NCBI GenBank assembly: GCA_030141605.1 | Contig: JAQGDQ010000073.1 | Coordinates: forward strand, 1-64,000 | Direction of reading: 5' to 3' | DNA length: 64,000 nt | Source of the DNA: Tubiluchus corallicola | Lineage: Eukaryota > Animalia > Priapulida | In this document: positions 35,201 through 46,331 of the stretch, in pieces | Layout of the letters: each line of letters opens with the position of its first letter | Numbering within the stretch: position 1 is the stretch's first letter | Made by a program: the position numbers and the translations under genes | Notes under the pieces: generated by a model | The model's database searches: none | What the model saw: the letters and a program-made list of their open reading frames with translations, nothing else | What the model was told of the DNA's origin: nothing

Positions 35201-36723
35201 TTACAGTGTAGCAAGAACAAATGCCCAGGCAGAGCAACAGCAGTAGGGTTTTATTTTACTTTGCAACTTGCTTTGCATCTGCATTTCTCAGGCGAAATAT
35301 AACTTGTGGATCAGTAAAATAAGTCCGAATCCACTAAGTCTAGATACTGTACTTCATTTAAGTCACAAAAAGCTGTATCTTGCAGACCAATTAAGGCTTA
35401 GTATAATGATTTACTTGAAAAGATGTTTAAGTGACGAAATACTTGTTTATACCTAGTTAAGTAATCCAGTCTCTTACGACAAACTTAGATTACAGAAAAA
35501 TGTAATTGCCATGTGTGCTAGGGTGCCGATTTTTATCAATACTTGAAAATATTATGAAAATAGACATTTGACATAAGCGGCCATGAAAACTAGTCTGTAT
35601 AACCGGGTGCTGTTTTTAGACTTTGATTGACCGAAAAGAACGAGCTTTCACTGTAGCCAGTGTTACAGCGTTTAGTAGTTTCTCCAGCTTGCCTGAGCAT
35701 GTGGCATGGGAATTTCTTGAAATCTGTGCAGACAATCACAAAAAAGCTATTTGTGGAGTATTATAATTGAGAACTCTATTAAATTAGAAAATGAAAGACA
35801 AAAAGACAATTGAATTGAATTAAACTAGGCAACTACAGTCAAGTCAAATCAAATCAAATCATTTATTTTTTCCCCAAACATAAAAACAGGCAAAAGAATA
35901 CAATTCATAAGGACAGCAATGTAATAAATACTTAAAACACTTCATAAGTTTTTAACATGAAGTATTTGTAAGTTATTGCAATGTACGTTAACAATTTTAG
36001 AAGTTTTTTTTAGTTTTAAGCTCTGATTCTACTTAAACACTGTAGACAAATTTAAATGAAAAACCAGTTTAGATCCGGATCCATATGCAAAAATCCGGAT
36101 CTGGCAAACATGGATTGTCTAGATGTACGATTCGCAACACGTTAGGACAATTATAGACTGGTTATATTGGGATGCGAGTAGAGATACGCGTTAAATCTAA
36201 AATACTTGGCTCGCTATTAGGACCTTATTCAAAGAAATAAGAACTTAGATGTAAGCAAATAAATACCTATACCTTTTAGTACCCTTCGGCTACCCTGTTC
36301 TTAAATAGTCGCAGTTGTCCTTCACATGTGGATAGTTTCGATGTGTAAAAAACCCTTCAGAGTTATATTATACATACTATTTAGTAATTTGATTTGTTTG
36401 CGCTGACACAACACATAAAAACAAAAAAATGATTTAACGTATTTACATTAATTATTATATTAGTATTATTACATATATATGATATAGTAATTAGTATACT
36501 ATAAAACATAGGAGCTGATAGTTGGTGGTTTATGGATGGAGCTAATAGTCCTAGCATATTACCGTAATTATAGTAGAAAGGCCAACATGAACAGTCAAAG
36601 CATAATTTTGGAAGAAAATAACTAGAAACCTTGTGGGTTGTACATCAATTACACTTACCACACAGGACATTCCAAGTTTTTCTTCAGCGAACGCAGGTCC
36701 TCGCGAAATTTAACATCAGTCAT
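14283..36723 (-). CDS. BRCA1: BRCA1 orthologue, 14 coding exons, ~3921 aa (RING - long low-complexity region - coiled coil - 2x BRCT)
   Basis: Exons (minus): 36723-36659, 34476-34423, 33421-33338, 31759-31621, 31152-31056, 30497-30300, 29879-23408, 23149-22986, 22698-18794, 18489-18402, 17558-17440, 16451-16313, 15252-15121, 14392-14283. All introns are GT-AG, phases are compatible and the total is 11,766 nt. N-terminus MTDVKFREDLRSLKKNLECPVCLDIIKDPVATECEHHFCRCC...PCPICYRDITKRSL (C3HC4). BRCT motifs FVTSGL, TTHVIIK, CDRTLKYFQGIA.RRWVVS, YEIRGD..NGRSHYGPERAR, HREWVLDSVS. Confidence 0.93.
15959..16067. mobile_element. ~110-bp palindromic MITE in a BRCA1 intron
   Basis: Left AGGGCCGGTTTCAGAAAGCTGTCACTAA versus reverse complement of right AGGGCCCAGTTTCACAAGCCATCGCTAA. 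Confidence 0.7.
16582..16884. repeat. Diverged tandem duplication (~125-165 bp units) in a BRCA1 intron
   Basis: AATC(A/G)CGGAAAATGATTAGTTCCCAAACTCCAGAAGA... begins at ~16582 and ~16720. The second copy carries an extra ~35 bp bounded by AGCAAATTT. Confidence 0.9.
18794..22698 (-). CDS. BRCA1: BRCA1 second giant exon (3905 nt), with coiled coil and start of BRCT1
   Basis: Lies within the 1349-aa ORF. Acceptor ttttttacag| (NAGNAG alternative possible) and donor CAGGCT|gtaagt. Ends FVFVTSGLMKKQA. Confidence 0.88.
23408..29879 (-). CDS. BRCA1: BRCA1 giant central exon (6472 nt)
   Basis: Lies within the 2191-aa ORF. Acceptor ttttattttag|AA and donor CCAAG|gttagt. S/K/E/D-rich, with basic NLS-like clusters (RKSRKRK, RKKKNRK). 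Confidence 0.88.
32267..33313. mobile_element. Non-autonomous hAT-like DNA transposon in a BRCA1 intron
   Basis: Termini TA(tccc)GTGGCGGGCA / TGCCCACCACTA. Subterminal GATTAC/GTAATC repeats at both ends. 8-bp TSD-like ATGTGTAA (32259-32266) / ATGTGCAA (33314-33321). Confidence 0.65.
33863..33943. repeat. Compound trinucleotide microsatellite (ACT/ACC/GCT)n, intronic
   Basis: Directly visible in the sequence; it produces the poly-T/A/V artefact ORFs. Confidence 0.9.
34640..34980 (+). mobile_element. Decayed CR1-type LINE reverse-transcriptase fragment, antisense in a BRCA1 intron
   Basis: Translates with stops and frameshifts as RLLSRKLQVLGI..W..RVDESVS..VLSGIPQGSVWHPVLLICYINDLLDVVNSPYKLFVQNTKLFR. 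This matches the CR1 RT pattern SGVPQGSVLGP..YINDL..KLFADDTKL, with ADD mutated. Confidence 0.8.
36659..36723 (-). CDS. BRCA1: BRCA1 first coding exon (start codon and first RING Cys pair)
   Basis: Acceptor ctttaag|GTGACAATG. Encodes MTDVKFREDLRSLKKNLECPV-C, ending TG|gtaagt in phase 2, which joins the 54-nt exon at 34476. Confidence 0.9.
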
Positions 36724-37399
36724 TGTCACCTTAAAGTTCAATAGAAACAGCGGCCTTCTGAAAATAACTTATAATTATATTTTCACTTTCTTATCACAAA
36801 AGAACAGAATTGCAAAAAAACTCCCAAGTTGCGTATTTTTACCATTGCTTTCGTTTTTCGCGCAGTTTAAGGTTTGGTATATTTTTCGCCATCTAGTGTT
36901 AATGATAGAGAAAATTGGTGAAGCATGGGTTTTCTACGACCATTTCCTACTCTAACAAGTAAAGGCTTAAGGACTAGCATAGAATGATTCGAACGATTTT
37001 TTAAATTCGAATTCAAATCCTTAAATTATAGATTTAATCATTCACTAATTCAACTTCGAAATTTCTTTATCATTAAAATGTCAGCTGCACTTTCTATGCA
37101 CAGTTTTCAAACAAATTATTATGTTTTTATTGTAGAACAAAATTACTACTATGCTTTATCTTTGCAAGCTGCTTTTTATTAATGATTCGAAAATTTTTAA
37201 AACTAAACTTGAATGCGATTTGGATGCGAAATATTGATCTTCGGTTTGACACAAGTTCGAAAGTCAAAAATTCCATTTAATTCGAACTCACTTTCTGATA
37301 GAGAATGCTCACCCCTACCACAAATTGAATTGACATCACATCAAATTTCAAAATTATGTAGTATTGTAAAATTTTTGACTGAAATAAATATTTAAAACC

Positions 37400-37495
37400 A
37401 AACTTGGAATGTCCTGTGTGGTAAGTGTAATTGATGTACAACTACAAGGTTTGTAGTTATTTGTCTTCTTAAAATTATGTTATGACGGTTCACGT
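37400..37495 (+). repeat. Inverted copy of 36585-36679 (3' part of BRCA1 first coding exon, its splice donor and intron start)
   Basis: AAACTTGGAATGTCCTGTGTGGTAAGTGTAATTGATGTACAAC (43 nt) is identical to the reverse complement of 36637-36679, followed by about 50 nt of diverged match. Confidence 0.95.
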
Positions 37496-38288
37496 CAAAT
37501 ATACTGCATGCAAAGGCCTGAAATTGGTTTAAAGTACCTTTTAAAGTAATACAATTTCGCTAGTTAATGTATTTACAATTTTTTGTTAGGATTGTGCATG
37601 TTGTTTGATTTTTTTACATAATTATTGTAAACTGATAATTACAACTGCATGATGGAATGTTTTCCATATTTTTATTTTATATAGAAATATATATCTGATG
37701 ATATAATGATATTAATTATTATATATATTAGTTACTGACTGTATCCACAGATTGGGATACTGATTATGTATGACTTTTTCTTTTACGATCGTCTGAGCAT
37801 GAAATTAAATTGCATGTAATATTATTTTCCCTAAGCTCATTGAGTCATTAATTAACGTTGATCTGTAGCATGATATCATAAACAGTTATATTTTCTTATT
37901 TTTTCTACTTGAAATGAATTATTGATATTTAAGTCAAAATTATAGTAACAATTTTGTTAGTTTCTGGTAATTTTATTTTCGTTTTCTAGTTAAAAATTAG
38001 ACAATTTTATGTATAGAAAACACAGGCAAATGTAGTACGTAATTAATTTCTAATAATTTTTTTAATAGTTACTTCTTTTTTAATATTACGGTTTATATAC
38101 ATATAATAGTACATATATTTACCGTTTGTAATGTATAGGTATACTTCAGTTTATATACAATTAATATGTATTTACAGCACTGCATAATATTAATTTAATA
38201 CTCAGCTTGGGGTGGTTGATTCGATAACTAATGTTTTTGCCACCCTTTTGAGACTACTGATATGTTGATTTGCATGCCTTAAATCGCA

Positions 38289-39254
38289 TGGAGATGGAGA
38301 CATTTTTGACCTACGTCGACTCAAAGCAAGGACGAAGACACGAATGATGTTCCTGCGTGAAGCGCAATATGCCGATGACATAGCTATCTTCTCTGACAAC
38401 CCGGAAGACCTTCAGGATCTAATCAACATTTACAATGAAACTGCAAAGAGAATGGGACTGCGCATTAACAAAAGGAAGACTGAGACAATGAGTGTCGGAT
38501 CTAGCGACAGTGTCAATTTTACCATTGACGGAGAACAGCTTGGAAGTGTGCAACGGTTCAAATATCTAGGAAGTTGCATCTGCTCAGATACTCGATTGGA
38601 TACTGAGCTTCATGCAAGAATTAATGCTGCAGCTCTTTCGGCTGTATGAGGAAACGTGTCTTCGATAACCATGACCTTACCATCGCCACTAAACTGCAGG
38701 TGTAATAGCAATGCATCATTCCACAGCTTACCTATGGTCAGGAAACGTGGACGCTCTATCAAGATCAGGTCAGGTCTCTCCGTGCGGTTCAGCAGAGACA
38801 TCTGCGTCACATCCTTCGTATTCGCTGGGACGACTATGTGCCAAACGAAGATGTGCTGGCTCGTGCCAAGATGGAAGATATCGAGGTTACGCTTACTAAG
38901 GCTCAACTTCGGTGGTTTGGGCATGTGGTCAGAATGAACGATAAGAGACCGACAAAGGCCCTTCTCCATGGAGAACTAACCAGTGGCTCTCGTAGTGTTG
39001 GTCGTCCTCTCCTTCGCTTCAAGGACAAGGTGAAGTTCTCTCTGAGGAAAGGTGGAAAGTTGGACAAGCTGCCTTTCGCAGTTCACGACCGTCCTGCATG
39101 GAGATCCCTAGTCAACAACTGTGCCAAAAAACTCGATGAAGAAAGACGGATGCTTGGATACGCAAGAAGGTTCAAGTCGTGGATAAGAGATGGTTTCATG
39201 GGCATATGACTCGCACTGATTTAGCCGTATCGGCTTCGACGTTGTACTGTACTA
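38289..39254 (+). mobile_element. 5'-truncated RTE-clade LINE (RT C-terminal half, frameshifted), with TSD
   Basis: Motifs GDIFDLRRLKARTK..LREAQYADD, FKYLGS, LTYGQETWTL, LRHILRIRWDDYVPNEDVL, AQLRWFGHVVRM, GSRSVGRPLLRFKD across shifted frames. 3' tail (TGTAC)/(ACT). TSD CTTAAATCGCA (38278-38288) / CTTAAATTGCA (39255-39265). Confidence 0.9.
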
Positions 39255-40031
39255 CTTAAATTGCACATTTTATTGCACATCTTGTAAGTATACCTATACC
39301 TCATTAAACTTAAGCGACACGAAATTAATACTTGCTGAATTACAAGCCATGTAACAAGGCAAAAAAGCTTCTAATACGTTTGCTCAATGCTGATCAAATA
39401 ACTGTCACTCTGACTACTTTTTTTCATTTTGTAGCAGCTCACAAAGAATTCGTGTAATTATATGACATTGTTTTGTGGTAAAACTGGCATTAAATAATAT
39501 TAGTAATAGTGGAAGGCGATGCTGCCAATTTCGAGTGCTCGCGATTACCATTTGTTTTTTCTGCAATCAATTATTGCTAAGACCGCACTTGGATCTGGTG
39601 AACAGCGAGGCTGGTGATAAAACATTCGATGCCCATCCTTATTAATTTTATTCTGCAGCAAAAACATTAAAATAATTTGTTTAAAAATTGTGCACAGAAA
39701 TTAGAGCTAAACTATGCACTTGCATGATGTGTTAAACGTTTTACTGATGAAATACGAATGCATTTGAAGTGCTAAATTATTCAAATCAATAACACTTAGT
39801 TGAATTCGATCCGCACATTTGAATTCGTACGAATGTCGTATGCTCATCCCCACAGTTTACAGGCATTTGCACCTAACCTAAGCAAGAATTATTAAATTAT
39901 TTTTTATAGAAAACACACTACTTTTGGGGCTTTGGCATAACAGATAATATGAGATACAAACGATAAAATTATTACATTTATATGAAATATATATATGAAA
40001 TTCTATTAACCATTGTTTTTATTGTGCGTAC

Positions 40032-40389
40032 CTATACTGACAAGGGGCTCCATAAGTCGATCTCCGTAAACAAGTATATGCGGTAACTATACGATAGTCA
40101 ATTCTGAAATATTGTGGTAATAATTTTGCTAAAATTTGATAGGTTCGTATTCTCTTGTGTGTTCATCTGACGTAGTTTAGTAAATATCTCAAATGGACAT
40201 TATTATGCCTTCCGTAGGCTGGTAGTCCCAGCACTATATAATAAATATTGTTTTTATAAAGCGAAAATAAATAAACTAAGCTAAACTAAACATAATTTAT
40301 TTAGGTTGTCCATTGTGCACCCGCACCAACCCTTGGCCATGGCACAAAATCCATCAGCTCAAATTTTCACGCGAAGAGTTCTCATATAG
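40032..40389. promoter_or_regulatory. Candidate bidirectional promoter and first non-coding exons of BRCA1 (-) and SH3RF (+)
   Basis: Minus-strand donor TATAG|gtacgc at 40032/40031 and plus-strand donor ATAG|gtaata at 40389/40390. Both genes have acceptors upstream of their ATGs (36730; ~41306). A TGACGT motif lies near 40169. This is inference only. Confidence 0.35.
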
Positions 40390-41598
40390 GTAATATGAGA
40401 AAGACAAGTTTTGTCAATGTTCGCATTTTTCGCAATTTTGTCTGAAGTTTTTAGTTTGACATTCGCGAAATTATTGTGTGGTCAGCTTTTTCCGGTCAAA
40501 GTGTATTAAATTAAAACATTTACAGCAGTGTAAACATTTACTGTAAACAGTTACAGCAAGTTTAGTATAATGGAGGGGCAAATAGCACATTTGCCAATAC
40601 TTCTATTTCTGGATAATGCCCGTGTCACACAGAGCTGGACATAATCCGTAAGGTGTAAACCAAGCAGCAAAAGGCGCTTTACAAAAAAATGAATATGCAC
40701 TGATCAATAGGCCCTGTCACGTAGATGATCCATTTGCTGCCTTTCGCGGTTTGCCTACAAAGGCGTATGCCATAATCCGCGGTACACTCCTTAATTTTTC
40801 AACAACAGTTCATTGTACTTTATCTTGGCTGGTGTTGTAATGGGGTAAATTTATTATGTTAAATAGACTTTTGGCACAGCAGATGCATTGGTGGATGGCA
40901 GTAGGCGAGGTTGGCGGTATTCCCAAATATTTAATATATTAATTATTATTATTACGGAAATCTGGTCTGGACAGGGCAATAGTTGGCATTATGGTGAGGC
41001 TGGCATTATACAGTAACAATTAACTGTGGTTTCTATCATTATTAAAATATAGTAGTTTTGTGCCTCTGTTAGTTATATGCTAGTAACACAGAGCAAGCCG
41101 CATACCACGGATTATGACATGTACCTTATGGAAGACACCTTATGGCTTTACCTGAAATTGTACAGCTTTCATTTTAAAATTTTCTGTGATATTACACATA
41201 CTGGTGTACTTGCACACCTTTTTGATACAAAGTAATTTATATAATACATATTGTGTTTTGGAGCAAATTCTTACCTATACTTTGAGTTTTATTTTGTTTA
41301 TTGCAGTTTTGTTCGAGCTGGTAATTTATTTAGTGTGAAACATTTGGTATTGTTTCAGTTCTGAAAGAGCTCTTTCATGACCATGGAACTGTGCAGGAAT
41401 CACCTGAATTGTTGTTGAGCGAAAAGGATTTTTATCTGTCTGTACTGACTCACTGTGTACAGCACACTGTGTATGTGGTATGAGTGAGTGTATAATCTCG
41501 ACCTATTATTGTTCATTCTTGAGCTTTCAAATGGATTCGCCTATGATATTTTTTTTAATCTGTTATTATTACTGCATTAAATACTAGTTTAATATGCA

Positions 41599-44500
41599 AT
41601 GGATTCAAAAGCGTTGAGCGACTTGTTAGAATGCTCAGTTTGTCTTGAAGTACTAGATGCAACAAGCAAGGTACTACCATGCCAACATACATTTTGTCGA
41701 CGCTGTTTAGAGGAGATCCAGCAGTCACATGGGGAGCTTCGCTGTCCAGAGTGCCGCGTCTTGGTTGACACTAACATTGAGGAACTGCCAGCAAATATTT
41801 TACTGATCCGAATTCTTGAAGGCTTAAAAACAAGTGAGGTGGTTAAATCAATTGGAACGTCTAAAACACATGCACGACAAACCGTGATTCCATCTAGCGG
41901 GGGAGTGCAAGCTCACTCTAGCCTTTCTTTTACTTCACATGGAGATTCTATAACAGCTACATCTAGAACAAATGCATCTACTAGTGGGTATCGACCGTGG
42001 ATACACACATCTCCCAAGCTGGGTATTTCTGCAACTCAGGTCAGTCCTAGTCATAGACCTTTGCCGAATAAACCGATTCTTACCCCTCATCCTTGTGCCA
42101 AAGCTATGTACCAATATGATGCAAAGGAACACGGAGACCTTTCATTCAAAGTGGGCGATATAATCACTCTTCGCAAGCAGATTGATGATAATTGGTATGT
42201 TGGAGAATTGAATGGAAAAAATGGTTTTTTGCCAGCTAGTTACATTCAGGTCATAACGCCACTTCCCACAAACATCCCGAATGCTCGAGCACTCTACGAT
42301 TTTGAAGTGACTGATCAAAATGATAAAGATTGTCTGACTTTTAAAAAGGACAGCATTATCCATGTGATTCGACGTGTCGATGAGAATTGGGCAGAGGGTC
42401 GTCAAGGTGACCACATTGGCATCTTCCCAATCTCATTCGTGGAAATGAACAATGCAGCAAAATCGTTAATAAAATTCTCTTCTGGTAAACCAGGACCATC
42501 TCGTGTAGTACCAAAAACGCCAAGCACATCCGATACATCGGAAAGCGAAGGAAATCCACCGACTCCTACCCACACGAACTGCATCTCTCAGCAGTCTCAG
42601 CTTCCTCGTCTGCAATCGCGTGAGGTCGTTAACAAGCGGCACTCTATATCAGCTTTGCATACAAGTCCATCACGAGTGCCACCTCAGTCTCACAGACACT
42701 CATTAGAAATGCCAAACTTTGATCCTCTTCAAGCTTGTCCCACTTCGTCTGTAGCACACACACCTTTTAGTAATGAGTCGGTAACTGTACCAAGTACATC
42801 TCACGCAGAAACCACATCAGCCACCACCGTTACCATGGGAATGGGTTCTGCGAGTGCCGTCAGCAAACTGCAAGTGCCAGTAGGAAAGCGTATGATTCAC
42901 CCAGTACTATTTGTTGCAATGTATGCATATAAACCAATGAAATCTGACGAACTGGAACTTAGAAAAGGAGACTCCTACAGTGTAACAGAAATGTGCCAGG
43001 ATGGGTGGTATAAGGGGTCCTGTCTGCGTACAGGAAGGACAGGCGTATTTCCTGGAAATTACGTGCAGCCATCTGATCTGTCAACTTCATTGCAGCTTAC
43101 CAAATCAAGTGCAACAGTGCCAGGAAGAACTAGGCTCACTCCTTCACATCCCCGACATTCGACAACGTCCGCAACATCCTCTGCAGGTGAGTAAATTATA
43201 TGCTTGTTAAGCTAAAGTGTCAAAAGGTTTGGTGTTTGAGGGATCACATTTCTTTATTTTCTAGGAGCTGTGCCTTGAACTTGCTCAGCCTTTTAATTGG
43301 CAGAGGTTGTAACTCTTTCCTATAGTTGGTTTAGCAGATAGTAACTACTGTAAATACCTTGCAGATTTACAAACACCGGAACACTTTGTATTTGATTGCC
43401 CTTTGATTTCATGCGACACTAAACCTTCTATGCAAAATGCTTTATCTTCACTAAATTTAGAATACCTGTATATTTTTCTCGATGCATCTGCATATGTAGC
43501 CTTCATTGATATTGTACAAGAGATCTCAGTTAAGAAACTAGTATCATATAACATGTAGCAATTTTTTGCAAGTTTCAAATTTACCAGACGATAATTTTTC
43601 AAAATTCATAGCACATTCAGTCATATATTCATTGTGTATTAATTTTGTTATATATGTATATTTGGGTTTATATGTATAGGTAGTTTTAATATATAGTGCA
43701 TTTTGTATGTATTAGTGCACTCTTGCTCTGCAAATGGAGGGTTTTGTTTTATTTATTTTGAAAATAAAGGAGATTTAATAAATAAATAAATATGCCTTGA
43801 AGCATTGCATCTCAAAGCATCACTAATTATATCTAGGAAATTTAGTATCTATATATAAAAAAATATTACTTGCAGCTGAATTAATTAAAAACAAATTTGA
43901 TTTTGAATAGCCAGGAAAACAAGCCTTTATTTTCTTTAATATTTGCTTTGCAAGATGTTATTTGAAAGGTATTAGAAGGTATCCAAAATTTTATAACTTT
44001 GACCTTTCATAAATTTTGTCATTATAGTCTATTTACAAAAACTGTATAATGCGCCTCATAAAAATGTAGTTGCACATTAGATTCTTGCAAAAACGGAGTA
44101 ATATTAAAATCCATCATTAGTAGCGAATGAGCATTAAATGTTAGAGAAATGTTATGTGAAAAAATTAATGCGCTTCATTTGCCTTTATTTGCTTTGCTGA
44201 CACGAGTTTTTAAAAGGTCAAAATAAAAATGAAGTAAAAAAACAGTACAAAGTTATCCACAAGTCCTATTTTTTGCACTTGCATAGTGTACCACATGATA
44301 TTTGTTGCAGGTATCTTAAACTTTATAGAAAAGTATATGGTTTACTTTATTAAGATGCTTGGTAAACATTGCCATCCAAGACCTATAATAAAGTTTCACG
44401 TAAACTGTACTTGTAAATATGCATGTTTCCAAAATTTTAATATCTAGATGATGACACTAAATCTGCAGTGTGACTTCATTTTTTGCCTCTTCCTGTTAAG

Positions 44501-45259
44501 TATTAGTGAATTCAAGATTGTAAAATTCTTAAATGGTATGTGGGTGCAACATGTGCATGTTAAATAATTTTCTTAATTATAAGTATATTTGCAGGAATAG
44601 CTGGTGCTGAACCGAACATAGTTCGAACCTCAATGCGTTCCGGTGGAACAGTGGCCTCAGGGCACCAACGTCCTAACATAAAAGCAAGCATTGCAGTGCC
44701 AACATCATGTCAAACAGTGTCATCAATACCAAATGTCTCCTTGTGTCCAGTCACTACTTCTGCTACATCAAAGCAAGAAAAGGTAAAAGGTAAAGACCAA
44801 CGAACTCGAACAGCGAGTGGCCTTGTCCGACTGTTGACTGGTGGTGGCAAGAAGAGAACTGTCGCAGGTGTCACACTGCCACCACCAGCAGATGTCACAC
44901 ACATTGTGGCATCCAGCACAGATTCTCGTCCGCGACTCAATAGGTCAGAAAGTACTGGCAGCAGTTCAAATTCCGCTGCTAGTTCTCCTTCGCGGGGGGA
45001 TCTTCAGCGTGGGACGTCGGCTCCCGCAGGTGTGCCACCATCACGTGGCGGTCCGACACCTGTACAGCCTACGCCACTTATACGCGAACGATTCCGCTGC
45101 ATTGTGCCTTACCCACCACAGACGGAATATGAACTAGAGCTGAAAATTGGTGATGTCGTGTACGTGCACAAAAAACGCGAAGACGGCTGGTATAGAGGAA
45201 CTTTACAAAGAACTGGCAAAACTGGACTTTTCCCTGGTAGCTTTGTGGAAAGCTTTTAA
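41599..45259 (+). CDS. SH3RF1: E3 ubiquitin ligase SH3RF/POSH (RING plus 4 SH3), exons 41599-43186 and 44595-45259, ~750 aa
   Basis: RING motif [48 protein letters not shown]3 domains AKAMYQY..., ARALYDFE..., VAMYAYKP..., FRCIVPYPP...[11 protein letters not shown]. Donor GCAG|gtgagt and acceptor tttgcag|GA join in phase 1. Confidence 0.95.
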
Positions 45260-45468
45260 TTATTGAGAAGATGATACGATTGCCTTATATTTATCAAGTT
45301 AATTTGTAATTTGAAACAAGCTTGAGTATGTTACTAGTTAAATTTATGGTATTTTAAACATTTATTTGGTTAATCTTTTGTTAGTTGAATATAACTTCCA
45401 CATAGCACTCCACATATTTTTTTAATTAAATGTAATTATGTGGGCTTACTGAAGGTTACCACTAGATG

Positions 45469-46331
45469 TACGTTTTACACGTCAAATGTAGACACAGGAA
45501 AGTTCAAATGTGACTTAGGTAAGTCAAATGTAGACATAGGAATTTCGAATGTGTTTTGGTAACTCAAATGTGACTTAGGTAAGTCAAATGTAGAAATAAG
45601 AATTTCGAATGTGTTTTGGTAACTCAAATGTGACTTAGGTAAGTCAAATGTAGATGCGGTACTTTGAATAAATCGGTATTTAACTCATTTAAGTGCAAGT
45701 TACAAAAAGATAAAACCAAATTAAAATTATATTTTATGGTCATGGTGCTATCGGCAGCATCAGTTTTTATTATATTTAATTAATTTGCAACTATTTGTAT
45801 GGACGTTAATATATTTTTCAAATGTAAAGAAAATGTTTATTTGATAAGAACACTTGAAAGTGTTGTACATAAATAAGTTAACAATTATACAATTATTAAT
45901 ATATACACCAATTATACATTTTATTTGTCAACGTTTTATAAAAAATGTCGGCAGAAAAGAATAAATCGGTTCCCACTTCCCAATGAACAGTGAATCACTA
46001 ATTAGTTTTTTAAGTAATGCATTAGCACTGCATTAATGAATTAGTTTCTCTCAAGAAACATTATTTATTTTAAGAATGTATTGTTTTCTCTAACAGTTCC
46101 AATGGTATGTAAAGTTTGCAGAATATAAGTGAACCTATAACATTGTTATTTTAACTTAAGAGCAATTATTAAATTGAAATTAAAGAAGATTAAATCTAAC
46201 ATCCTTAAACTTTACCACCTATCCACATTTGAGATACCAATGTCACATTTGACTTGACGTACCAAAAACGCTTAAGATTTCTTGAACACATTTTGAGTTA
46301 ACGCAAGTCTACATTTGACATGTAAAACCTA
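45469..46331. mobile_element. Foldback/MITE-like element with subterminal tandem repeats, downstream of the SH3RF stop
   Basis: Left TACGTTTTACACGTCAAATGTAGAC versus reverse complement of right TAGGTTTTACATGTCAAATGTAGAC. A 60-bp tandem array built from TCAAATGT modules at ~45480-45655 is mirrored by ACATTTGA modules at ~46225-46320. Confidence 0.75.

Noticed and set aside
36960-37290. TTCGAA-rich segment as a heat-shock element cluster
   Set aside because: Similar TTCGAA-rich tracts recur (~15850, ~39750-39850, ~49980) and look like remnants of a dispersed repeat; the boundaries could not be defined.
40570-40650. Alternative BRCA1 first exon (minus-strand GKCAIC)
   Set aside because: There is no phase-2 donor after the CxxC, and the exon at 36723-36659 fits far better.
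45480-45655. CRISPR-like or satellite array
   Set aside because: There are no unique spacers; the repeats are the subterminal modules of an inverted-repeat element.
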